From NCBI GenBank assembly GCA_017533795.1, contig JAFWIH010000020.1:9335-73334 (forward strand): a DNA stretch of 64,000 nucleotides, written 5' to 3'. The position numbers were made by a program, and so were the translations under genes. This document shows, piece by piece, positions 10,682-20,336 of the stretch. Source of the stretch: Clostridia bacterium (lineage in GTDB: Bacteria > Bacillota > Clostridia > TANB77 > CAG-508). How positions within the stretch are numbered: position 1 is the stretch's first letter; every line of letters starts with the position of its first letter. The notes under the pieces are model-generated. The model was given only the letters and a program-made list of their open reading frames with translations. It was not told the DNA's origin and did not search any database.

Positions 10682-11884
10682 TTATTTTTTTACAATTTCA
10701 TAATCACATGCATAAAATCCTTCTGATATTGGTACTCCAAAACTATTTTTAGGCACCCTTACTTTAAAATCAGTAGCATATTCGTCTTTATCATAACTAA
10801 ACATTATTTTTTCATCACATACCGAAATAGTTACATAGTATTTATCTTCATTTAAGCAGTTTCTTTTTATTTTAAAATTTATTTCAGTTACCTTTTCATC
10901 TAAATAGTTTTCCATTCTTATTGTATTTAAAGCAGTTACTAAATCGCTTTTAGAATTATATATTATCATTCCAACACCATATTTTTTTATTTTCTTAATG
11001 TTGTTTAGTTTTATTTTTATGTTTATATCTTCATATAAATTGTATTCTTTTTTATCACACTCGACACTAGTAATTTCAATTGATTTATTCTTTGTTCTTT
11101 CTTTTCGTTTACTTTTAGCTCTTTTTTCTGCTTCTTCTTGTCTTGGCTTATCTATTGTGCTTTCCTTGTACTTTTCAGCTACCTCTACTACATCACCATC
11201 CATTATAACTTTTCCGTTTTCCATCCAAATTGCTCTTGTACAAAAGTTTTTAATTGATGGTAGTGAATGTGATACAAATATAATAGTTGTTCCACTTTCT
11301 CTGATTTCTTTCATTTTTGTAATTGATTTTTCTTGGAAAGCCATGTCTCCAACAGATAATACCTCATCTACTATTAATACTTCTGGTTCTATGTTTATTG
11401 CACATGCGAATGCTAAACGAGCAAACATACCTGAAGAATATGTTTTTACAGGTTGCCACAAATGTTCTCCAATATCTGCAAAATCTATTATTTCTTGTTC
11501 TTTTTCCTTTATTTCTTCATTTGTAAGTCCCATAACTTGTCCATGTTGATATATATTTTCATATCCCGTAAGTTCCATATTAAATGCTGTTCCTAGCTCT
11601 AACATAGAGCTTATTTTTCCTTCTACTTTTATTGTTCCTTTTGTTGGTACAACAACTCCTGTAATCATTTTAAGTAATGTAGACTTGCCCGCCCCATTTT
11701 TTCCAAGAATTCCGAGTATTTCACCTTTTTTTACTTTTATACTTAAATTGTCTACAGCTGTAAATGTATCATGGTGATTGTACCATGGTAAAACTATCTC
11801 TAATAATCTGTCTTTTTTTCTGTTATACATTTTATATTCTTTAGTTAAGTTTTCTATTTCTATTGCATATTCTTCATTATCCAT
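10682..11884 (-). CDS. ABC transporter ATP-binding protein for polysaccharide/teichoic-acid export (TagH/Wzt type), with a ~150-aa C-terminal extension.
   Basis: Walker A GILGKNGAGKSTLLK, ABC signature YSSGMFARLAFA, Walker B LIVDEVLSVGD and H-loop VSHS. The extra C-terminal domain is typical of Wzt/TagH. Confidence 0.85.
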   Translation of the reverse strand: MDNEEYAIEIENLTKEYKMYNRKKDRLLEIVLPWYNHHDTFTAVDNLSIKVKKGEILGILGKNGAGKSTLLKMITGVVVPTKGTIKVEGKISSMLELGTAFNMELTGYENIYQHGQVMGLTNEEIKEKEQEIIDFADIGEHLWQPVKTYSSGMFARLAFACAINIEPEVLIVDEVLSVGDMAFQEKSITKMKEIRESGTTIIFVSHSLPSIKNFCTRAIWMENGKVIMDGDVVEVAEKYKESTIDKPRQEEAEKRAKSKRKERTKNKSIEITSVECDKKEYNLYEDINIKIKLNNIKKIKKYGVGMIIYNSKSDLVTALNTIRMENYLDEKVTEINFKIKRNCLNEDKYYVTISVCDEKIMFSYDKDEYATDFKVRVPKNSFGVPISEGFYACDYEIVKK

Positions 11885-11904
11885 AATATACTATACCTTT
11901 CATT

Positions 11905-12780
11905 TTAATATAATAATGGTTTTCCTTTTTTAAATAATTCTTCTCCCCAATCACAAAGCTCTGCTCCGAAATCTGATTCTGTATGTATTGCTTTTCCTAA
12001 TCTGTTTTTCCATTTTGTTTTATATGGTTCCTGGTAATTTTTATAATAGAATTTGCATGTGTCATCCCATTGTTTTTTAGATATTGATTTTCCATAATGT
12101 TGGCATGTAAACATGTTTATAGATTTTTCTAAATATGCTGGTTCTCTTGCCGCCATACCAACATGATGTACTTGAGGTAGATTTCTCCAAAACATTATAA
12201 TATCTCTATATTCAATGCCAAATTTTTTTCTAAAGTTTAACAGTTTGTCTCCTTTTTTATAAGGCTTCCAATCATTTTCTGTCATATATGCATCATATAG
12301 TCTAACTTTTACCGAATCATACTCTTTATCTATAGCTTTTATTTTATCTATAATATTATCTTCAACAATTCTTTCATCTGCGTCCGCATTAAATATCCAC
12401 TCTGGATTTTGTGCTTTTGCTTCTTCTAATAAAAGTTCTCTACTATCTGTTTCTGCTTTCTCTCTTTCGGTTTTTTTCCATACTAGATTTGTAATTATTA
12501 TTTTTACGTTTTTGTCTTTACATAGTGTCTTAAATGTACTATCAGTTGAATCGTCATCATACATATAAATATTGGGTGTAATACTAGCAAAATATTGTAA
12601 CGTATCTTTCAATATTAATTTTTCATTTCTCATTCTAGATACTATTACTAGTGTTTTATTGGCAATATCTTCTTTTCTTTTAAAAAACAATTGATCATAC
12701 TCATCTTTATATAATTCAAACCCATTTTTATATGCTATATACTTTCTATATGCTTTTTTTAATATATATTTAATATTCAT
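11905..12780 (-). CDS. Putative glycosyltransferase (GT-A-like) of unknown specificity.
   Basis: [21 protein letters not shown]...[10 protein letters not shown] resembles a GT2 N-terminal region. The assignment is weak. Confidence 0.35.
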   Translation of the reverse strand: MNIKYILKKAYRKYIAYKNGFELYKDEYDQLFFKRKEDIANKTLVIVSRMRNEKLILKDTLQYFASITPNIYMYDDDSTDSTFKTLCKDKNVKIIITNLVWKKTEREKAETDSRELLLEEAKAQNPEWIFNADADERIVEDNIIDKIKAIDKEYDSVKVRLYDAYMTENDWKPYKKGDKLLNFRKKFGIEYRDIIMFWRNLPQVHHVGMAAREPAYLEKSINMFTCQHYGKSISKKQWDDTCKFYYKNYQEPYKTKWKNRLGKAIHTESDFGAELCDWGEELFKKGKPLLY

Positions 12781-12798
12781 ACTATATACTCTCCTATC

Positions 12799-13599
12799 TT
12801 ATAAAACATCTGCAAAATCTTTTTTACATTTTTTAAATATATGATTACTCCATATAAACATTAAAATAGTTAATATCCAAAAGATTACCGAATATATTCC
12901 ATTTGTGTCTGTTAAAATGCTTCCGCCTCCAACAAATGCTTGTCTAAAGCCTACAATTATGTATGAAAATGGCATACATTTAGCAAGTTTTAAAACTGCT
13001 CCTCCAGCCATTCCTTCTATAAAGCTTAAGTCCCATATAATTGGTGAAAACCAAAATAAAATTTGCATAACAATTGTAAGTAGTTGGCCAAAGTCAGGTA
13101 CTAGTGCTGTAATTGCAGATGTTAATCTCGTAAAGCCAAGTATAAAACAAAAAGCTGCGAATACGTAGTATCCCATTAATAAAAAGTTTGGTATAAAGCC
13201 ATATATTAAACTTATTGCTGTTGCTACAAATATGACAAATATTGATACTATGCTCGATGATATTAAAGCAATTGCGGGTATTACATCAACAGGGAATAAC
13301 ACTTTTTTTACTAAGTAACTATAGTCTCTAATACTATTTGTAACATTTGATACACTATCATTTATAAATTGCCAAATAGCCATTGCTGGAAGGTACCATA
13401 CTGCAAATGGCAAATCTCCAGAGCTTTTAGCTTTTAATATGTATTGTAATACAATTGCATATGTTATTAAAAATACAAATGGTTGTAAAAAGCCCCATAT
13501 TGCTCCCAGACTTGTTGCTGCAAATTTGTTTTTAAAGTCATTTTTCCCAAGTTGCCATACTAATCTTTTATTTTTCCATATTGTTTTGAAAAAATCCAT
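12799..13599 (-). CDS. ABC-2 type transport permease (TagG/Wzm-like), partner of the TagH/Wzt-like ATPase.
   Basis: 266 aa with six predicted TM helices. The context is ABC-transporter-dependent glycopolymer export. Confidence 0.7.
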   Translation of the reverse strand: MDFFKTIWKNKRLVWQLGKNDFKNKFAATSLGAIWGFLQPFVFLITYAIVLQYILKAKSSGDLPFAVWYLPAMAIWQFINDSVSNVTNSIRDYSYLVKKVLFPVDVIPAIALISSSIVSIFVIFVATAISLIYGFIPNFLLMGYYVFAAFCFILGFTRLTSAITALVPDFGQLLTIVMQILFWFSPIIWDLSFIEGMAGGAVLKLAKCMPFSYIIVGFRQAFVGGGSILTDTNGIYSVIFWILTILMFIWSNHIFKKCKKDFADVL

Positions 13600-13637
13600 A
13601 ATTTTTATCGCTCCATTCTTGTTTGTTAAGTAAATTA

Positions 13638-14621
13638 TTATTGTTTTCTAATTATTTTACGTCTTAAGCTAAACATTCCTTTTGAGACTAAAGGCATATT
13701 CATTATTAAAAAGTTTTCTATGTAATACATAAATTTTTCTGTTTTATATAATTTATGAAAGGTTGTCCATCCTTTAAAATTCATTTCTTTCTTTGATTGT
13801 ATCATTAAAAAATAATTTAATGCTTTTTTGTTTAGTTTTTGTATGTTTTCTGGGAACCTATTATTATTTTCTATATATGTCCCAAACACACCTAATTTAA
13901 CATTTATAAATAATTCTCTTACTTCTTGAATTTTATTTAATTTATGTGATATTTTTTCTGTTCCAACTTGATTGTTTCCGTGCTGCCTGTATTTTATATA
14001 TTTTTCTGGCATATATGCTAGTTTTCCATGTAATGCAACCATTAATGCTATCCAGTGATCATGTATTAAATGTTTTGATGTTGTTGGCAATGGTAAAATA
14101 TAGTCAATTGTTTCTTTTTTAGCTAAAACTGTGCATCCTGTAACACTGTTATATAGATAGTTAACTTTGTAACTGCCTATATATTTTTTTATTTTTCTTG
14201 TAAGAAGCATATAGTCATTAAAAGAGGGGTAAATTGTGTTTAAATTTTCGTCTACTACTTCTAAATCTCCAAATACTAAATCTGCATTTTCTTTTTTTAA
14301 CTTTTCTAATGATTTTTCTACTTTTTCTGGCATCCAGTAATCATCTTGATCTGCAAGCATATAGTACGGTGCTTGTACATTATTTAATAAAAACTCAATA
14401 TTTTTTACAACTCCTACATTTTCTTGTAGCAAGTGTAATTCTACTCTTTTATCTTTTTGTTCATATTCTTTTAATATTTCTACTGTTCCATCTTTTGAGC
14501 AGTCATCTGAAACTATCAATTTTATATTTTTGTAAGTTTGATTTAATATACTGTCTATTTGTTCTTTTATATATTTTTCTCCATTATATGTTGCAAGTAA
14601 TATATCAATTTGTTCTTCCAT
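13638..14621 (-). CDS. Glycosyltransferase family 2 (rhamnosyl/WbbL-like).
   Basis: DILLATYNGEKYIKEQIDSILNQTY...VSDDCSKDGT...MLADQDDYW. Confidence 0.8.
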   Translation of the reverse strand: MEEQIDILLATYNGEKYIKEQIDSILNQTYKNIKLIVSDDCSKDGTVEILKEYEQKDKRVELHLLQENVGVVKNIEFLLNNVQAPYYMLADQDDYWMPEKVEKSLEKLKKENADLVFGDLEVVDENLNTIYPSFNDYMLLTRKIKKYIGSYKVNYLYNSVTGCTVLAKKETIDYILPLPTTSKHLIHDHWIALMVALHGKLAYMPEKYIKYRQHGNNQVGTEKISHKLNKIQEVRELFINVKLGVFGTYIENNNRFPENIQKLNKKALNYFLMIQSKKEMNFKGWTTFHKLYKTEKFMYYIENFLIMNMPLVSKGMFSLRRKIIRKQ

Positions 14622-14631
14622 CTATTTTGTT

Positions 14632-15618
14632 TCACCTACTTTTAAAAACTATATATGCTATAAGAGGAAAGCTAAATAGAATAAGCTCTTTGCACATTTT
14701 TTTGCATAAATTTTTCCCACCTAAAAATTTAAAATACTGTATTAAGTGTAAATTTATTATTCTAGTATTTAAGACTTTTTCATAATATTTTATAAGATGT
14801 ATAATAAATTCTTTGTCTTCTTCTTTTTCTGAATATTCAAGGCACATTTTTGCTCCACTTAAATATGCTCTTTTTATTGCATCTTTTCTATATTCTTTAA
14901 ATGAACTATATGTGTTTCCGTGTTGTTCTTTCCATTTATTTAAGTTTTGGTTTAAGTTTCTCCCTCCAAACACATTGTTTGTATGTAATCTATAGTCAAA
15001 AAGTTCTTCATAAATATAGTCAATTCCATTTTGCTCATTTGCAATAAACCCAGCAAGCCAGTCATGTGCCATAACACCTTCTCTAAAAGGTATCATTTTG
15101 TCTTTAACTTCTTTTGTAATTATTTGTGAACATCCAAGCCCTGCATATCTTGATATTGCCAGATTGCTTGTTCCTTTTATTAACGGAATATTTTTGTTTT
15201 TAAAGTAGTCATTTTTAATTAAATTTCCGTTCTCATCTATTTGTCTGCAATTAGCATAAACCAAACCGCAATTAGCATCTTTAATCTTTTCTAAGCTTTT
15301 TTTTACCTTGTCTTCGTGCCATATATCATCATGGTCACAAAACATTACATATTCAGCTGTTGACTGTTTTAGAAGAAATTCGAAATTGCTATTGTACCCT
15401 AAATTTTGTTTTTGTTTAAACACTACTATCCTGCTGTCCTTATTTTGGAATTCTTCTAATACTTCTAAAACATGTTTTACAGTTGAACAATCATCACTTA
15501 TATATATTTTTATATTATTATATGTCTGGTTTATTAAACTATCTAACTGCTCTCTTAAATACTTTTCGTTAGTGTTATATGTTGGTAATAATATATCTAC
15601 TAAAGATTCTTCTTCCAT
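14632..15618 (-). CDS. Glycosyltransferase family 2, paralog of the preceding gene.
   Basis: DILLPTYNTNEKYLREQLDSLINQTY...ISDDCST...MFCDHDDIW. Confidence 0.8.
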   Translation of the reverse strand: MEEESLVDILLPTYNTNEKYLREQLDSLINQTYNNIKIYISDDCSTVKHVLEVLEEFQNKDSRIVVFKQKQNLGYNSNFEFLLKQSTAEYVMFCDHDDIWHEDKVKKSLEKIKDANCGLVYANCRQIDENGNLIKNDYFKNKNIPLIKGTSNLAISRYAGLGCSQIITKEVKDKMIPFREGVMAHDWLAGFIANEQNGIDYIYEELFDYRLHTNNVFGGRNLNQNLNKWKEQHGNTYSSFKEYRKDAIKRAYLSGAKMCLEYSEKEEDKEFIIHLIKYYEKVLNTRIINLHLIQYFKFLGGKNLCKKMCKELILFSFPLIAYIVFKSR

Positions 15619-15692
15619 CCACTACACTCCCATGTTATCAGATAGTGTAATTGTATCTTTTATTGGGCTTTTTGTCAATGTTTTTACCTAAT

Positions 15693-16496
15693 TTAAGTGC
15701 TAATTAAAATTACCACAATTCCAACAATCACTCTATAAGTAGCAAAAACCTTAAAATTTCCCTTTTTCAAATAATTTAATAAAAATTTTATTACAAGCAA
15801 GCCGACTACTGTACTTGTTGTAACACCAACAGTAAAAGGAACATCCATCACAAAGTCTTTTGCCTTATATAAACTTGCTGCAAGTACTATTGGTGTAGAT
15901 AGCATAAAAGAATACTTAGCAGACCCTTCTCTTGACACTCCCATTAGTCTGCCCGCTGTCATTGTAATTCCTGACCTTGATACTCCCGGTATAAAAGCAA
16001 TAGATTGTGACAGGCCTATTAAAAATGTTTGTATAAAGTTCATCTCTTCATATTCTGTTTTTTTAGGTGCTTTTTTGTCCACTATATAAAGTATAATTCC
16101 CATTATAATAAGCATTGTAGCTATAAGTAATGGCATTTCTGCTAAGCTATCTCCATAAAAATGATCAAGCAAAAAGCCTATTATCCCACCTGGAATTGTT
16201 GCACAGACTATATACCAAAACATTTTGCATTTTTTTGATTGTTTTGTATATTTTTCTAAAATTTTAGACTTATCTCCAAAAACTTTAAATCCTTCTTTAA
16301 TTAGTTCTATCCAGTCTTTATAAAAGTATAGTCCAATTGAAAGTAATGTACCCAAATGAAGTGCAACATCAAAGCTATCTGGTATATTCCAACCAAACAT
16401 CCACGGAATTATATTTAAGTGTGCCGAACTTGATATTGGTAAAAGTTCTGTTACTCCTTGAATAACACCCAAAATAAACGCTTGATAAACTGTCAT
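15693..16496 (-). CDS. uppP: Undecaprenyl-diphosphate phosphatase.
   Basis: MTVYQAFILGVIQGVTELLPISSSAHL and the PGVSRSG motif, which are BacA/UppP signatures. Confidence 0.9.
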   Translation of the reverse strand: MTVYQAFILGVIQGVTELLPISSSAHLNIIPWMFGWNIPDSFDVALHLGTLLSIGLYFYKDWIELIKEGFKVFGDKSKILEKYTKQSKKCKMFWYIVCATIPGGIIGFLLDHFYGDSLAEMPLLIATMLIIMGIILYIVDKKAPKKTEYEEMNFIQTFLIGLSQSIAFIPGVSRSGITMTAGRLMGVSREGSAKYSFMLSTPIVLAASLYKAKDFVMDVPFTVGVTTSTVVGLLVIKFLLNYLKKGNFKVFATYRVIVGIVVILIST

Positions 16497-17356
16497 ATTT
16501 CTACCTCCATCAAGATTCTTTCTAATGTTTGGCTAATATGTTCTGCAGCTGTAATTGGTGCCACTTTTCCTGGTAAACCTAAAGCCCATTCATAGTTAAT
16601 ATTTAATTTGTTTATTGCATCTTGGTCTACTCCACCTGGACGTGAAGCTAAGTCTATTACCAAGCAATCCCTTTTAAGTTTTTGCAATCTTTCCTTTGTT
16701 AAAATTATCGTAGGTGGAGTGTTTATTATTATGTCATATTCCCCTAAATTGCTCCCAAGTTTATTTATATTTATGCTCTTATATCCTTCAACTTCCATCC
16801 ATGCAAATGCCTCTTCTTTTCTTGCAGCACATGTGACTAGAGCATTGATCGCATTAAATTTTTGTGCTACAACTTTTGCAACTCTACCATACCCCAAAAT
16901 TAATACCTTACTTCCATGTATTGTTCTTTTTGTTCTTTGCATTGCAAGCTCTATTGTTCCTTCAGCAGTCGCTATTGTGTTCAAGACTGTTAGGCTTTCT
17001 TCTTTCATTAGGTCTATAATATGTACATCTTTTTTCTCTGATAAATCAAGTACATCTTCCTTTACTGCTCCTGTAATAACTGTTTTTCCACTAGAATGTC
17101 TTATAAAATCTTTTATTAAAATTTTTTCTTTACTATAGCTAGTATTTATATTTTCTCCATCTTTTGTAAAAGGGATTGGTCCAATAATTATATCTGACAA
17201 TTCTATAGCACTTTTTAGATCATCTATTTTCATAGCATCTGTTTTTATCTCAGCCATTTCCTGTCCAAATGTTAATACTGTATTATGCTTTGAAAGCATT
17301 TTTGACAAATATATCATTCGCAGGTCTCCACCTACTACTGCAATTTTCTTTCCCAT
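16493..17356 (-). CDS. dpaA: Dipicolinate synthase subunit A (SpoVFA/DpaA homolog). No dpaB is adjacent.
   Basis: MGKKIAVVGGDLRMIYL N-terminus. IHGSKVLILGYGRVAKVVAQKF and DLASRPGG closely match B. subtilis SpoVFA (IHGSQVAVLGLGRTG, DLASRPGG). The stop overlaps the uppP start (ATGA). Confidence 0.75.
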   Translation of the reverse strand: MGKKIAVVGGDLRMIYLSKMLSKHNTVLTFGQEMAEIKTDAMKIDDLKSAIELSDIIIGPIPFTKDGENINTSYSKEKILIKDFIRHSSGKTVITGAVKEDVLDLSEKKDVHIIDLMKEESLTVLNTIATAEGTIELAMQRTKRTIHGSKVLILGYGRVAKVVAQKFNAINALVTCAARKEEAFAWMEVEGYKSININKLGSNLGEYDIIINTPPTIILTKERLQKLKRDCLVIDLASRPGGVDQDAINKLNINYEWALGLPGKVAPITAAEHISQTLERILMEVEI

Positions 17357-17358
17357 AA

Positions 17359-17400
17359 AAAAATCATCTCCTTAAGTTAAATATACTTAGGAGATGATTA
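17359..17400 (-). terminator. Rho-independent terminator of the TPR gene. Its downstream stem arm contains the dpaA ribosome-binding site.
   Basis: 15-bp stem (one bulged T) atcatctcc(t)taagt / acttaggagatgat with a 7-nt loop, followed on the minus strand by T7. The GGAGA of the right arm sits 12 nt upstream of the dpaA ATG. Confidence 0.6.
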
Positions 17401-17402
17401 AA

Positions 17403-18641
17403 TTATTCTCTTTCTTTTTTCTCAAAGTCAATTAAGTTAAAGTCATTTTCTTTTTTTCTACTATTTCTTTTCAAAAGGTCAATGTCATTATATCCAAGTG
17501 TTCTAGTTATATCTACCATTTCTTCTAGATGCTCTTTTGCTATAAGCTCATTTTTAGTAAGTTTTACTTCTTTTTCATCGTCTGTTAAATTTTCTAAATT
17601 AAAAGGTATATTAATTTTGGCTATTATTGGTATAAAGATTTCATCATTTTTTATTTTAGGTACAATTTTTTTAGTATCTACTTCTATTGCTATGTTTGCA
17701 TATTCTATTGCTTTTTGTTTTTCACCTTTTATTATACAAATTTTTGCTAGTTCAAAATATGCATCCGCTTCAAGCTCGCTATTTTCTTCTTCTAAGACTT
17801 CTAAAAAATACCTTTCTGCTTCTTCTAGTTCTTTGTATATCATAGCAATTTCTGCTAAACTATATTTTGTATTATAAGCTAATGAATTAAATTCTGCTGC
17901 CTTTTCATAGTATATTTTTGCACTTTGAAAATCATTTAGCATCGTAAATGCAATTCCAAGATTATAGTTTAGTTCAAAACTTGTTGGATTATATTTTAGC
18001 CCTTCTGTATATATATTTACTGCTTCTTTGTACATTTCTTTTTCTATTAATAGTTCACCTAATAATTCTGTTGCTTTATAATAATCTGGTTTTTTTTGAA
18101 GCAAGCTATTTAGCATTTGTGTTGCCTCGTCTTTTTTATCTAACTGTGTTAGTAAATTTGCTATTGTATAATATGAATCATAATCTTTTTTATTTATGTC
18201 TATTGCTTGAACATATTCATCTATTGCCTTTCTCATTCCACCTTCTAATTCATAAACTTCAGCTAACATTTTATGTGCTATATAACTTTGTGGATATTTA
18301 TTAGCAATTGTAATTAATGCTTCTTTAGCAGATTTAGTATTACCATATTTCAAAAAGAACTTTGCTTTTAAAACATTTCTAGCCTCTAAAAATTTTATTT
18401 TTCTTTTTTCCATTACTATAATAACAATTGGGTTTATAATTGATACTATATATTTTATAATTTTTAATACAATTGGTAATCTATTACTTGCTATGACTTC
18501 AATTAAATCTATTAATAATCCTATTACTGATAAGATTAGTACTACTATATAAGATGTGTCATTGTTTTTAAGCATTTTTATAAATATAATAACAAATAAA
18601 GCTATAGCTATAACTGCAAATATTAATTGTTCTATTAACAT
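17403..18641 (-). CDS. Membrane-anchored tetratricopeptide-repeat (TPR) protein.
   Basis: Three N-terminal TM segments, then multiple ~34-aa TPR-like repeats with the A..Y..A consensus. Confidence 0.7.
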   Translation of the reverse strand: MLIEQLIFAVIAIALFVIIFIKMLKNNDTSYIVVLILSVIGLLIDLIEVIASNRLPIVLKIIKYIVSIINPIVIIVMEKRKIKFLEARNVLKAKFFLKYGNTKSAKEALITIANKYPQSYIAHKMLAEVYELEGGMRKAIDEYVQAIDINKKDYDSYYTIANLLTQLDKKDEATQMLNSLLQKKPDYYKATELLGELLIEKEMYKEAVNIYTEGLKYNPTSFELNYNLGIAFTMLNDFQSAKIYYEKAAEFNSLAYNTKYSLAEIAMIYKELEEAERYFLEVLEEENSELEADAYFELAKICIIKGEKQKAIEYANIAIEVDTKKIVPKIKNDEIFIPIIAKINIPFNLENLTDDEKEVKLTKNELIAKEHLEEMVDITRTLGYNDIDLLKRNSRKKENDFNLIDFEKKERE

Positions 18642-18783
18642 TTCATTTCTCCTTGATAATTTATGTTTATATTTTATTGCATAAAGCCAAAAAAATCAAG
18701 ACTTTCATATAAATAATTGGTATATATACTTGATTTAATTCATAAATTATATTAATATATAAATTATACATAGGAGGAAATAA

Positions 18784-19578
18784 ATGAATAAAATTAAATA
18801 TATTTTAGTATTGTCAGTTTTAATTATTTTATTTTTGTTTTTAGGTTATACAGTTTCCAGAGCTTATATAAACAAGGCTTCATTTGAAAAAGATGTTTTG
18901 GAAATTGCAGAAAAAAATGAAGAACCTATATTTTCTATAAATAATATTACACTTTTTAGTAGTTGCAACAGTAAGTCAGAAATACAATCTAATTCTACTC
19001 TAAAACTGTCTAATCTTTATCAATATACTGACATTGCTATTTTTATTACTCCTGTAGATAAAAATTTAACCTCTAAAAACACTTTAAAAGATGTTTATAT
19101 AGATAATGTGAATTTTGTTTCAAGTCCTTCTGAAGGCACACCAAACTTGTACTATAAGAATATTAATAAATTTGCTACTTCTGAATATTCTGAAGATAAC
19201 AAAATAGAAAACAATTTACATTATAAAATTTCCTCTGAAGAAAATGAAGATTTAAACATGCCTATTTTATATAACAATTGTGCAAATCCTATAGCTTTAT
19301 GCTATGTAAATAGCAATATAAAAAATGATTTTACACTACCAGATGCCTTTTCTCAAATAACATATGATGGTTCACTTTTAAAAAAATGTGGTATAACTCT
19401 AGGTTCTATATCTTGTTCATTTTCTTTTGATATACACATTACTAATAATTTAGGACAAGACTTTATATGCCCCGTTTATATTGAAATACCACTAGATTTA
19501 GAGGACGGAACATCAATATATGATGGTAAGGTACTTCAAAAAAATAATACTAATTATACATTTTATAGATTAAAATAA
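18784..19578 (+). CDS. Secreted/exported protein of unknown function with an N-terminal signal anchor. It may be an outlying member of the SipW-substrate family of the island.
   Basis: MNKIKYILVLSVLIILFLFLGYTVSRAYINKAS. The hydrophobic core plus A-R/K-Y motif matches N-termini at 34723, 40325 and 41283. AGGAGGA RBS. Confidence 0.5.
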   Translation: MNKIKYILVLSVLIILFLFLGYTVSRAYINKASFEKDVLEIAEKNEEPIFSINNITLFSSCNSKSEIQSNSTLKLSNLYQYTDIAIFITPVDKNLTSKNTLKDVYIDNVNFVSSPSEGTPNLYYKNINKFATSEYSEDNKIENNLHYKISSEENEDLNMPILYNNCANPIALCYVNSNIKNDFTLPDAFSQITYDGSLLKKCGITLGSISCSFSFDIHITNNLGQDFICPVYIEIPLDLEDGTSIYDGKVLQKNNTNYTFYRLK

Positions 19579-19592
19579 AAGGAGAGATTTTT

Positions 19593-20324
19593 ATGCCAAC
19601 ACCACATAATCAAGCTAATATTGGTGATATTGCAAAAACAGTTATAATGCCTGGAGATCCATTGCGTGCGAAATATATAGCTGAAAATTTTTTAGAAGAC
19701 TATACCTTAGTAAATTCAATTAGAAACATTTATGCTTATACAGGTAACTATAAGGGTAAACAATTAACTATTATGGCTTCTGGTATGGGGATGCCAAGTA
19801 TGGGAATTTATTGCTATGAGCTTTATAAATTTTATAATGTAGAAAACATTATTCGTATAGGTTCCTGTGGAGGTTATGATTCTAATCTAAAACTATTTGA
19901 CATTATTCTATCTGAACAAACATATACAGAATCAAATTTTGCTTTAACTATGAACAACGAAAATTGTCATATAGTAAAATCTAATTTGGAGCTAAATTCT
20001 ATACTTGAATCAACTGCCAATGAATTAAATATCGATATTTTTAAAGGAACCACTGCATGTACAGATTGTTTTGATTTGTATATGACTACAGGCTCTACAG
20101 AGTTTTTAAAAAGAGCTCCATCAGACATTACTATTGCTGGTGTTGAAATGGAAGCTTTTGCATTATTTTATACTGCAAAAGTCCTTGGTAAAAGAGCTTC
20201 ATGTTTGATGAGTGTTGTGGATTTAAACTCTGAAACTCATTCTGTACAAGCCTCTGCTGAGAAACGTGAAACTGGTCTTAATAACATGATTAAACTTGCA
20301 CTTGAAAGTGCAATAAAAATTTAG
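19593..20324 (+). CDS. deoD: Purine nucleoside phosphorylase, DeoD type.
   Basis: MPTPHNQANIGDIAKTVIMPGDPLRAKYIAENFLED, typical of the PNP/UDP family 1. Confidence 0.9.
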   Translation: MPTPHNQANIGDIAKTVIMPGDPLRAKYIAENFLEDYTLVNSIRNIYAYTGNYKGKQLTIMASGMGMPSMGIYCYELYKFYNVENIIRIGSCGGYDSNLKLFDIILSEQTYTESNFALTMNNENCHIVKSNLELNSILESTANELNIDIFKGTTACTDCFDLYMTTGSTEFLKRAPSDITIAGVEMEAFALFYTAKVLGKRASCLMSVVDLNSETHSVQASAEKRETGLNNMIKLALESAIKI

Positions 20325-20336
20325 GAGAAAGAAGCT

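Noticed and set aside
1576-17138. Numerous 60-190-aa plus-strand ORFs nested antisense inside the minus-strand glycosyltransferase, ABC transporter, uppP and dpaA genes (e.g. 1576-1842, 5959-6144, 7715-8293, 10998-11549, 14234-14785, 16608-17138).
   Set aside because: They have low-complexity L/F/I/S-rich translations, no RBS, and full containment within well-supported genes on the other strand. These are typical shadow ORFs of AT-rich DNA.
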